From assembly GCA_026770705.1 (NCBI GenBank), contig JANJGN010000838.1, forward strand, positions 62,001 through 126,000: a stretch of 64,000 nt of DNA, written 5' to 3'. The DNA is from Isurus oxyrinchus. Taxonomy: Eukaryota. Under the pieces are notes generated by a model that saw only the letters and a list, made by a program, of their open reading frames with translations, was not told the DNA's origin and did no database searches. A program made the translations under genes and the position numbers. Positions 1 to 10,493 of the stretch are shown piece by piece. Positions within the stretch are counted from its first letter, which is position 1; every line of letters starts with the position of its first letter.

Positions 1-540
1 AGCACTACCTCAGTACTGACCCTCCAACAGTGCAGCAATCCTTCAGTACTGACCCTCCAACAATACAGCACTCCCTCAGTACTGAACTGAAGTGTCTGCC
101 TGAATTAAGTGCTTTGTGGTGAAGGAACCTACATTGATATCACACCTTTCACATTCTCAGGGTCCCTCTTCAGTACTGACCCTCTGACAGTGCAGCATTG
201 CTTCAGTACTGACTCTCTTACAGTGCAGCACTCCCTCAGTACTGACCCTCTGACAGTGCAGCACTCCCTCAATACTGACCCTCTGACAGTGCAGCATTGC
301 TTCAGTACTGACCCTCTGACAGTGCAGCACTCCCTCAGTACTGACCCTCTGACAGTGCAGCACTCCCTCAGTACTGACTCTCTGACAGTGCAGCACTCCC
401 TCAGTACTGACCCTCTGACAGTGCAGCACTCCCTCAGTACTGACCCTCTGACAGTGCAGCACTCCCTCAGTACTGACCCTCTGACAGTGCAGCACTCCCT
501 CAGTACTGACCCTCTGACAGTGCAGCACCTCTTCAGTACA
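1..540 (+). repeat. 33-bp minisatellite (ctgacagtgcagcactccctcagtactgaccct)n, interrupted at ~81-165 by a short duplicate of the intron sequence that precedes the C2 exon
   Basis: Head-to-tail 33-bp units (TDPLTVQHSLS periodicity in ORF track); 81-165 matches 1962-2045 and 50232-50320. Confidence 0.9.
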
Positions 541-1544
541 GGGTCCTGAATCTTTGGAAGTCTCTCCTTAATCCTTGGGTGTGGAGGATCTCAGAGACTC
601 TCATGTAATTGAGAAGTCACCATGAGCACAGCAGCAGTCAGAATAGACAGATCTACAACCCAACACTCACACTTGCTGCACAGTTTCACCACCAAACCAC
701 AAGAATTAAGCAAACTGGCTGAAAATAAAGATGACAATTCAGCCTGTGTGGAAAGGTCAGAAGTTTATTGTTTCCTGTTTGTCTCTGATCTGCAGTGCAG
801 ATAAATATTAGAAAACCACAGAATCAAACAGCACAGAAAGAGGCCACTCAGCCCATTGTCCCTGTCCTGGTCTCCTGGGACAGATATCCAATTGGTCCCA
901 ATCTCCCATTCTCTCACACTCTGCAAGTATTTTGAAAGATCCTATTGAATCTGCTTCCACCGCCCTTTCAGGCAGCACCTTCCAGATCACAGCAACTCGC
1001 TGTGCACAATAAAACCTAACCTGCCTGCTCAGTGATGGTTACTCCCATCTGAGGGGATTTATATTCATGAATTTGGATTCAATCTGGAACAGGAAGAATT
1101 TGAAGGACGATGGGGGAAGAGAGGTGGATTGAAACCAATTGTGTGCTTCTTTTAAAGAGCTAGCACAGCCAAGATGGCATGAATGGCCTCCTGCTATTCT
1201 GTGTGATTCTGTGATATGATGAAGAAAGTTCCTTTTCAGCAACAGTTTACCTCTTCTGCTGAAACTCTTCATGTTGGAGAAGAGGAAGTGATGGTTTCCA
1301 TCAGCGTTTAGTTTGTGTTCCAGTTCAGTTTTAACCGAAACTCAGTGAAGCGGATGGTGAAGGTCATGAACCCACCACAGCGGCACCTCCAACACATGCA
1401 GAGCTCAGGCTAGAGGCACTTTGTTAGTGTGTTTCACAGGGTCTGCTGGAGTAGGGTCAGTGCTGAGCTTGGGGACAAGTCAGTCTACAATGCTGCATCG
1501 GAATCAACAATACAACAATATGGGGTTTGGATCAGAAATAATTT

Positions 1545-1970
1545 GATCCTCTGACAGTGCAGCACTCCCTCAGTACTGATTCTCCAACAGTGCAGCACTC
1601 CCTCAGTACTGACCCTCTGACAGTGTGTGTTCCAGTTCAGTTTTAACCGAAACTCAGTGAAGCGGTTCTGATCCTCCAACAGTGCAGCACTCCCTCAGTA
1701 CTGATCCTCCAACAGTTCAGCACTCCCTCAGTACTGATTCTCTGACAGTGAAGTACTTGCTCAGTACTGACTATGCGGCAGTGCAGCTTTCACAGTACCT
1801 GCCCTCCAAAAGTGCAGCAGGTCATCAGTACTCACGCGCCAAGAGGGCAGCTCTCCCTCAGTACTGACCCTCTGACAGTGCAGCACTACCTCAGTACTGA
1901 CCCTCCAACAGTGCAGCACTCCATCAGTACTGACCCTCCAACAATACAGCACTCCCTCACTACTGAACTG
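1545..1970 (+). repeat. Degenerate 33-bp minisatellite
   Basis: Same unit as 1-540. Confidence 0.8.
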
Positions 1971-2096
1971 AATTGTCTGCCTGAATTAAGTGCTTTGTGG
2001 TGAAGGAACCTACATTGATATCACACCTTTCACATTCTCAGGGTGTCTCAAAGCGTTTCACAGTCAATGTAAGTAATGATCTTTATTTGTTTTCAG

Positions 2097-2378
2097 ACAC
2101 ACCACAGAATCTCTCAATTAATTCTCTTGATATGATTAACGCTTCATCAATCAATATAATTGAGGGGAATTCTGCAGTGATAATCTGCTCCGTCGAGAGC
2201 TTCCCAGCTTCTAACCTGACGTGGCGACATCTTAATGTCCCAATGAACAGAACAAGTTCCAACAATGAGCTGTGGTTGGTGATTCCTCACGTTACATCCA
2301 GGGACACTGGAGACTATCAGTGTGTGGCAGAGAATGAACATGGAGCAGTGGAGGGATTTATAACCATCACTGTGGAAT
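2097..2378 (+). CDS. Gene A (5' part outside window): membrane-proximal Ig C2-type exon of a Siglec-like receptor
   Basis: ttttcag|AC...GAA T|gtgagt, 282 nt, phase 1-1; TPQNLSI...IICSVESFPASNLTW...DTGDYQCVAENEHG. Confidence 0.88.
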
Positions 2379-2414
2379 GTGAGTTACACAGAGTTGAACG
2401 TTCTCTTGTTGTTA

Positions 2415-3450
2415 GCTCATGGGATGTGGGCATTGTTGACAAGACCAGAAATTATTGCCCATCTGTAACTGCCCCTTGAGAAGGTGGTGGTGAGCTGCCT
2501 TCTTTAACCACTACATTCCCTGTGGTGTAGGTACACCCTCAGTGCTGTTAGGGTGGGAGTTCCAGGATTTTGTCCCAGTGATGGTGAAAGAACGGCCAAT
2601 ATATTTCCAAGTCCCAGGGCAGACCACCACCTCAAGTTCGCTTCCAAATCACACACCTCACTGACTTGGAACTGTCTTGGTGGAAGAGGTTAAGAGTTTG
2701 GAAGGTGCTGTCGAAGGAGCCTTGGTGAGTTGCTGCAGTGCATCTTGTAGATGGTGCACACACTGCTGCCATTGTGTGCCATTGGTGGAGGGTATGAATG
2801 TTTATGCTGGTGGATGGGCTGTCGATCAAACAAGCTGCTCCTGGATGGTGTCGAGCTTCTTGAGTGTTGTTGGAGCTGCACTTATTCAGGCAATTGGAGA
2901 TTATTCCATCACACTCCTGACTTGTGCCTTGTCGATGGTGGACAGGCTTTGGGGGGTCAGGAGGTGAGTTACTCACCGCAGAGTTCCCAGCCTCTTACCC
3001 GCTCTTGTAGCCACATTATTTCCTGTTGCTGGGTTGTTGCCAGGGCCAATAGCCTTTGCTGTATCCAGTATCATCAGCTAATTGCTGATGTCACGTGGAG
3101 TCAATCGAATTGTCTGAAAGCTGACATCTGTGATGCTGGGACCCTCTGGAGGAGGCCGAGATGGATCATCCACTCAGCACTTCTGGCTGAACATGGTTGC
3201 CAATGCTTCAGCCTTGTCGTTTGCACTGATGTGCTGAGCTCCCCCATCATTAAGGATGGGGATATTTGTGGAACATCCTCCTCCTGTTAGATCTTTAATT
3301 GTCCATCACCATTCATGACTGGATGTGGCAGGACTGCAGAGCTTAGATCTGACCCGTTGGTTGTGGGATCGCTTTGCTCTGTCTATAGCATGTTGTTTCC
3401 GCTGTTTGGTGTGTATGTAGTCCTGTGTGTCACCTCAGCAGCTTGGCACC
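2415..3450 (-). mobile_element. Non-LTR retrotransposon (LINE) ORF2/3' fragments
   Basis: Minus strand matches the 'MEYSP..WMSAAPTTLKKLDTIQ' RT C-terminal region seen in other copies; duplicated at 50670-51710. Confidence 0.7.
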
Positions 3451-3644
3451 TCTGTTATATGTGAATCCTCCTTATAGAAACCTGGATGTACATGGATATT
3501 ATCAATAAATATTACATAGATAAATGTTATTTGTATAGACCTTTCATGCATAGACAATATCACTTCACAAGTTCAGAATTACTACATGTACATAGGGAAC
3601 CATTCTCAAACTGTACCGGAGTCATTCATTGGCTGATTTTACAG

Positions 3645-3741
3645 GGCGAGATTCCAATGAATGGAAAGCAGGATTGCTTGGAGCTGGAATCTGTTTGAGT
3701 GTTGGACTGAGTGGATTCTTCATCTTCAAGTGTGTGAGAAA
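3645..3741 (+). CDS. Gene A transmembrane exon (uncharged TM core)
   Basis: ttttacag|GG...AGA AA|gtaagt, 97 nt, phase 1-2; RDSNEWKAGLLGAGICLSVGLSGFFIFKCVRK. Confidence 0.85.
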
Positions 3742-4029
3742 GTAAGTGGGAAGGTTTAATTGGTTGTTTTTGAAAATGTTTTCTTCAAACTTCTCTCCTT
3801 ATAGAAAGAACTTGCATTTCTATAGCACCTTTCACAACCCAAAACCCTTCACAGCCCCTGAAGAGCTTTGATGTTCACCTACTGTTTAACATCTCATCCA
3901 ACATTCACTGTTTCACAACTCAGTCCTGTAACAGGCAGTGTTGACCCGGACCATAAGATACCTTGTGACCTACTGAGGATGTGAAAGGAGCTATATAAAT
4001 GAAAACCTTTCTTTTGTTAGTGAATGCAA

Positions 4030-4210
4030 TCTCTTTCCTCTTTCCATGTTTCATTCACTCTCTCTTATCTCCACTAATGCTCTCCTTCTCATTCTCTCTC
4101 TCATTCACTCTCTCTTATCTCCACTAATGCTCTCCTTCTCATTCTCTCTCTCATTCACTCTCTCTCCAATCTCCACTAATGCTCTCCTTCTCATTCTCTC
4201 TCTCATCCTC
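4030..4210 (+). repeat. CT-rich ~41-bp tandem repeat
   Basis: Repeated atctccactaatgctctccttctcattctctctctcattcactctctc; longer paralogous array at 52290-52570. Confidence 0.75.
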
Positions 4211-4242
4211 CTACACGTTGTTCAGTCTCTCACATTTTTAAG

Positions 4243-4303
4243 GAGCGCTGAGCAACATCTGCTCCTTCAGAAGATCCACCTCAACAGCTGGATTGAGCAG
4301 TGA
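4243..4303 (+). CDS. Gene A putative terminal exon: short Tyr-free cytoplasmic tail
   Basis: tttttaag|G in phase 2 gives KSAEQHLLLQKIHLNSWIEQ*; conserved at 52610-52670. Confidence 0.55.
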
Positions 4304-4516
4304 ATTGAAACTCGCTCAACGACTGCTCAGCTTTACACAGGAATCACGTCACAGAGTCAGGACACAAAGGGTTAACAGTTTGTTTACAACACAACACTAA
4401 GGCCCTACGTTTCAGTGAAAGGGTTTTCACAATTGTTCCCCAATTCCTGATTTTACTCACAGAGACACATCAACCCTTTCTCATTAAACACACAGAGGGA
4501 GCAGCACAGGAAGAGG

Positions 4517-4586
4517 TCATTCAGCCCAAGCAGAGCGTGTGGGCAGTTCCTCCCCAGGCGAGCAGTTGGACAGGTACTGGGTAAGT
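4517..4586 (+). promoter_or_regulatory. Candidate promoter / non-coding first exon module with ETS(PU.1)-like site and splice donor
   Basis: tgtgggcagttcctcccc...tgg|gtaagt; recurs with donors at 9727, 39973, 52948 and 55038, each of those upstream of a leader exon that has its own acceptor. Confidence 0.45.
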
Positions 4587-5095
4587 AACGGAACGATTGG
4601 AATTCACTTCCACCACCAACACCGTCCTTTGTTAATGTTGTGACTTTATATATAATCAGATTCCAATGATTTTATGCCTTTGAAAGATTTCTACAGATTA
4701 TTGAGATCTGGGTGAGAGGCTCAGGTCTGTTGTACAGAACATCTTTCTGGTTAAATTATGCAGACAGGTTACACACAGTCTACGATTATATTCCCTCAGG
4801 TCTAGAAGATTAAAGGAGTGATGTAACTGAGGGGTTCAAACTGATTAAACACTCGATAGGGTAGATAGAGAGAAGCTATTCCCTCGAGTGGGGGTGGGTG
4901 GTGGGGGTCGGGTGGAGTCCAGAACAAGGGGGCTGGAACTTCAGATTGGAGCCAGGCCGTTCAGGGGTGATGTCAGGAAGCACTTCTTCACACAAAGGGG
5001 AGTGGAAATCTGGAACTCTCTCCCCAATAATCAAACCCAACACCGAATACACATCATGTTGATAGTCACTCTGTCCATTTCCATCTCTATTACAG

Positions 5096-5200
5096 AAGAG
5101 AGGCGAGGTGAAAGCAGGAATCAAATCGAACCATCGTGTTGATGAATATCGAGGTCCTGTTTATGAAAACTGTGAGCGTGGTTGGGCTTTGAGGAATCAG
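5096..5200 (+). CDS. Orphan cytoplasmic-tail exon with YEN motif
   Basis: ctctattacag|AAG...CAG|gtgagt, 105 nt, phase 0-0; KRGEVKAGIKSNHRVDEYRGPVYENCERGWALRNQ; homologous to 6482 exon. Donor lies in LINE-like sequence so the 3' end is uncertain. Confidence 0.55.
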
Positions 5201-5329
5201 GTGAGTCACACACCACAGGATCCCCAGCCTCTCAGCTGCTCCAGTAGCCTGGTTATTGATATGGCTGCTCCAGTCCTGTATCTGCAATGTTTTATACAGT
5301 CACTCCCAAACCCAACCAAACTCACACCC

Positions 5330-6384
5330 AACACCGTTCAGAATCAATAATCAAACCCCGTTCAGTATCAATAATCAAACCCCGTTCAGAATCAATAATC
5401 AAACCCCGTTCAGAATTAATAATCAAACACCGTTCAGAATCAATAATCAAACCCCGTTCAGTATCAATAATCAAACCCCTTTCAGAATCAATAATCAAAC
5501 ACTGTTCAGAATCAATAAACAAACCCCGTTCAGTATCAATAATCAAACTCCGTTCAGGTTCAATAATCAAACACCGTTTAGAATCAATAATCAAACCCCG
5601 TTCAATGTCAATAATCAAACCCCATTCAGTATCAATAATCAAACTCCTTTCAGAATCAATAATCAAACCCAGTTCAGTATCAATAATCAAACCCAGTTCA
5701 GTATCAATAATCAAACCCCTTTCAGGATCAATAATCAAACTCCGTTCAGAATCAATAATCAAACCCCGTTCAGTGTCAATAATCAAACCCCGTTCAGTAT
5801 CAATAATCAAAACCCGTTCATAATCAATAATCAAACCCCGTACAGTTTCAATAATCAAACCCCGTTCAGAATCAATAATCAAACCCCGTTCAGTGTCAAT
5901 AATCAATCCCCGTTCAGTATCAATAATCAACCCCCGATCAGTATCAATAATCAACCCCCGTTCAGTATCAATAATCAAACCCCGTTCAGTATCAATAATC
6001 AACCCCCGTTCAGTGTCAATAATCAAACCCCATTCAGTAACAATAATCAAACCCCGTTCAGTATCAATAATCAAACCCCGTTCAGTATCAATAATCAAAC
6101 CCCGTTCAGTATCAATAATCAAACCCCGTTCAGAATCAATAAACAAATCCCATTCAGTATCAATAATCAAACCCCGTTCAGTATCAATAATCAAACCCCG
6201 TTCAGTATCAATAATCAAACCCCGTTCAATATTAATAATCAAACCCCGTTCAGTATCAATAATCAAACCCTGTTCAGTATCAATAATCAAACCCCATTCA
6301 GTGTCAATATTCAAACCTTGTTCAGAATCAATAATCAAACCCCGTTCAGAATCAATAATCAAACCCTGTTCAGTGTCAATAATT
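5330..6384 (+). repeat. 24-bp tandem repeat (aataatcaaaccccgttcagtatc)n, ~44 copies
   Basis: Direct reading; 8-aa periodicity INNQTPFS. Confidence 0.95.
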
Positions 6385-6481
6385 AATGTATGTATTGTGG
6401 GTGGAATTTTCGATTTGGATCAATAATACTAAACACTGATCACTCTGATTGTCACTCTGATCATTTCTGTTTCTATTACAG

Positions 6482-6598
6482 AAGAAAGATGAGAAGGATC
6501 TGGAAATGAAATCTAACCGCGGAGTCAATCCTGATACAGATGATGATCTTTACGCAAACTGTGATTTTGCCAAGGATTCTGTTTATGGGAATTTATAA
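6482..6598 (+). CDS. Orphan terminal cytoplasmic exon with LYANC and SVYGNL tyrosine motifs
   Basis: ttctattacag|AAG..., phase 0; KKDEKDLEMKSNRGVNPDTDDDLYANCDFAKDSVYGNL*. Confidence 0.65.
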   Translation, partial: KKDEKDLEMKSNRGVNPDTDDDLYANCDFAKDSVYGNL

Positions 6599-7698
6599 AC
6601 TGAGCAAGAATGAGACACACACAGTGTGGGGAGAATACAGAATGGGAGAATCATTCAAAACTCCAATTTACCTTCCTAATATCCACAGGAACTCACTCCC
6701 AGGAAATAGATTTAAACCTCTTGTTACAATCTGATGGAATTTCTTCGGAATGATCTATCCAGGATGATTGTCTGTGGGTTTCAATTCGAACATCCTCCTT
6801 CAGAATTGTCCCTCACTGTTGGAAACATCCTTCCCTCCATTCTGATTGTAAATGTCTTTAGATATCGTTCGATGATGTACCAGGACATAACGGACAAATT
6901 CAATCCCGTGTCCGTGATTAAGAGTTAATTTTCATTCTGTTATTCACCTTCCTGTCTGTCAGTGTTTAGAATATTCATCAGCCAGTGCAGACTTCAGGAA
7001 ATGCAGGATCGGTGGATAATTGGAACAGAGGAGATTGGTAAAATTTACACCATTTTGTAGTCAAATGTATTTTCAGAAATATATTTGGATTTTACACTTC
7101 ATTGTTAAACAGCGAAACGAACAACAATCTGGGATACAATTTGATTGGAGATTTGAGAAATTCTCTGCAGCTTAGAAGATAACATGTGCTACAGTGCCAC
7201 CAATGATGGGAGTTCATCAGTACAACGTGACATGTTTACATTGATATAGCCAATGAACATTGGAAATTATGATGTGAAAATTTGGTTGCAGGTTTATCTT
7301 CTTCAATATGTCATGGATGGATGAGACAGCTTTGATAACAGAATGAGATATAGCTGCAATAAACCACAATTTTAGTCCTTCACACTTGGAGAGTACATTT
7401 AGCATCCAACCTGAAGGCTGAGTGGATGGGTGGACTGTGCGATGTGTTACAGATTACAGAGACCAACATCCTTGATCAGTATTCCGCTCTGTGTTTGATG
7501 AGATGCTTGGATCAAAGATTGGAAAATAAATAATCCTCCTGCATTGATCTATAACTGGTCTCTCCCTCTATCAGTGTCCTGAGGACAGAATTGGGTTCGA
7601 TGTCCAAAATCAGACACATGCTTTGACTGCCCATTGAATAGGAACAGGAGGAGGTCATTCAGCCCCCTCGAGCCTGCTACACAGGAACAAGAGAGCAC

Positions 7699-7887
7699 CT
7701 GAAATAAAAACAGAAAATGCTGGAGAAACTGAGTAGGTCTGGCAGCATCTGTGCAGAGATAAACAGAATAATCATTTCGAGTCCGTATGACCCTTCTTCA
7801 GAGTCTATAAGCAAAAACTCTGTTTCTCTCTCCACAGCTGCTGCCAGACCTGCTGAGTTAATGCAGCATTTTCTGTTTTTATTTCAG
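7699..7887. mobile_element. Short foldback element made of inverted Penelope-type terminal sequence
   Basis: ctgaaataaaaacagaaaatgctg... / ...cagcattttctgtttttatttcag inverted arms; same sequence begins the 8605 element. Confidence 0.6.
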
Positions 7888-8604
7888 ATTTACAGCATCT
7901 GCAGTATTTATTTTTAATGAGAGGAGGACATTCAGCACCTGAGCCTGTTACACAGGAACAGGAGGAGGCCCATTCAGCCTCCTTGGGCCTGTTACACAGG
8001 AACAGCAGGAGGCCCATTCAGCACCTGAGCCTGTTACACAGGAACAGGAGAAGGCCCATCAGCCTCATGAGCCTATTACACAGGAACAGGAAGAGGCCAT
8101 TCAGTCTCTCAACACCCTTCAACAGGAACAGGAGAGACTCTCAGCCCCTCGAGCCTGTTACACAGGAAAAGGAGGAGTCCTATTCAGCCCCATAGAGCCT
8201 GTAACACAGGAACAAGAGGAGGCCATTCAGTCACATTAGCCTGTTATCCAGGAACAGGAAGAGCACATTCAGTCTCTCAACCCTCTTACACAGGAATAGG
8301 AAACCCATTCAGCCCCTTGAGCCTGTTACACAGGAAGAGGAGGAGGCCCATTCAGCCCCCTCGAGCCTGTTACACAGGAACAGGAGGAGGCCCATTCTGT
8401 CCCCTCGAGCCTGTTACACAGGAAGAGGAGGAGGCCCATTCACCCTCCTCGAGCCTGTTACACAGGAACAGGAGGAGGCCCATTCTGTCCCCTTGAGCCT
8501 GTTTCACAGGTACAGGAGACCCATTCAGTCTCCACAAGCTTGTTACACAGGAACTTTAGGGGCTCCATTCAGCCACTCAAGCCTGTTCCACAAGAACAGG
8601 AGCA

Positions 8605-9437
8605 AAAACAAAAATAGCTGGAAAAACTCAGCAGGTCTGACAGGATCTGCGGAGAGGAACACACTTGACGTTTTGGGTCTGTATGACTCTTCATCAGAAC
8701 TAAGGAAATCGAGAAATGAGGTGACGTTTTAGCTGGTAGAGGGGGTGGGACAGGTAGAGCTGGATTGTGGGCCAGTGATAGGTGGAGGTAAAGAAGAGGT
8801 TGCCAAAGATGTGATAGACAAAAGGACAAAGGGGTGTTGACGGTGGTGATATTATCTGAGGAATGTGCTAATGGGGACATTAAGGGTAGAAAGCAGGACG
8901 AGCAAGAGACAGATAGTCCTAGTGGGGGTGGGGTGGGGGGAAAGGATTGAAATAGGCTAAAAGGTAGAGATACAACAACAGATGTAAAACATTTAAAAAT
9001 AATGGAAATAGGTGGGAAAAGAAAAATATATAAATAAAAAAAAATATTAAAAATGATAAATTATTGGAAAAAGGGAGATTGGAAAGGGGGTGGGGATGGA
9101 GGAAAGAGTTCATGATCTGAAAGTGTTGAACTCAATATTCAGTCGGGAAGGCTGTAAAGTGCCAGGTCGGAAGATGAGGTGTTGTTCCTCCAGTTTGTGT
9201 TGGGCTTCACTGGAACAATGCAGCAGGCCAAGGACGGACATGTGGGCATGAGAGCAGGGTGGGGTGTTAAAATGGCAAGTGACAGGGAGGTCTGGGTCAT
9301 GCTTGTGGACATACCGAAGGTGTTCATCAGAGCGATCACCCAGTCTGTGTTTGGTCTGTCCCATGTAGAGGAGACCACATTGGGAGCAGTGAAGGCAGTA
9401 GATTAAATTGAGGGAAGTGCAAGTGAAATGCTGCTTC
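8605..9437 (-). mobile_element. Penelope-like retroelement 3' fragment (GIY-YIG endonuclease)
   Basis: Minus ORF 9110-9364 GQTKHRLGDR..EHLR...PVTCHFN...KLEEQHLIFR.GTLQP..LNIEF. Confidence 0.85.
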
Positions 9438-9799
9438 CAATGATGCTCCTAATGTACTCGAGCCTGGTACACAGGAACTGGGGAAGGCCAATTCAGCCCC
9501 TTTAGCCTTTTACACAGGAACAGGAGGAGGCCCACTCAGCCCCTCGAGCCTATAACACAGGAACAGGAGGAGGCCCATTCAGCCCCCTCAAGCCTGTTAC
9601 ACAGGAATAGGAGGAGGCCCATTCAGCCCCATCAAGCCTGTTACACAGGAACAGGAGGAGGCCCATTCAGCCCAAGCAGAGCGTGTGGGCAGTTCCTCCC
9701 CAGGCAAGCAGTCAGACAGGTCCTGGGTAAGTAACGGATCGATTGGAAATCACGGGGGAAGTTCTGAGGGCTCCTAACACATTGTCCTGTCTTCTAAAT

Positions 9800-10085
9800 C
9801 AGCACCTTAATACTGACCCTTCAACAGTGCGGCACTCCCTCAGTACTGATCCTCTAACAGTGCAGCACTCCCTGATTAATGTCCCTCTGACAGTGCAGTA
9901 CTCCCTCAGTACTGACCCTCCAACAGTGCAGCACTCCCTGATAAATGTCCCTCTGACAGTGCAGCACTCCCTCAGTACTGACCCTCCAACAGTGGAGATC
10001 CCCCTCAGTACTGACCTTACAATAGTACAACACTTGCTCAGTAATGACCATCCGACAGTGCAGCACTTGCTCAGTACTGACACTG
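9800..10085 (+). repeat. 33-bp minisatellite
   Basis: Same unit; paralogous array at 54460-54680. Confidence 0.8.
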
Positions 10086-10493
10086 GGGAGTTTCAGTCTA
10101 CTCTGTGGGGCAGACGTCCCCTGAATGGGGTCTTGAATCCCACAATGTTCAGAGCCCCTGAATTTGGCTGTGAAACCCACTGACCCACAGGAGAAACTCC
10201 TGGTCAATGACTGTCCACCTCTGAGCAGAAATATCACCACAGGGTCAGGACACAAACGGTTAACAGTTCACCAAGATCTCAAAACATGAGCGTCTTGAGG
10301 TGGTGAAAGGTGCTATAGAAATGCAAATCCTTCAATGTTCTTCTTTCTTAAAGCCTTGTAACTCTCTGCAGAGCACCTATCATCCCACAGAGAATCAAAT
10401 TAGTCTGTGAAGACATTGTCTAAAAGCAGTTCTGATCTCTCGAGAGCATTCGGACAAGAGGTGACGTCTCATTAACTCCTTTCTCTTTCACAG

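Larger units (their letters stand above)
7640..9675 (+). repeat. ~42-bp tandem repeat (gagcctgttacacaggaacaggaggaggcccattcagcccctc)n, interrupted by Penelope-derived inserts
   Basis: Direct reading of many degenerate units at 7920-8600 and 9460-9675. Confidence 0.85.

Noticed and set aside
3645-3741. Lys residues near the A/D TM as a DAP12-pairing charge
   Set aside because: Both Lys flank a 20-residue uncharged core rather than lying inside it
5256-6426. Long ORFs (376, 346, 178, 177 aa)
   Set aside because: Stop-free translations of the 24-bp tandem repeat in several frames
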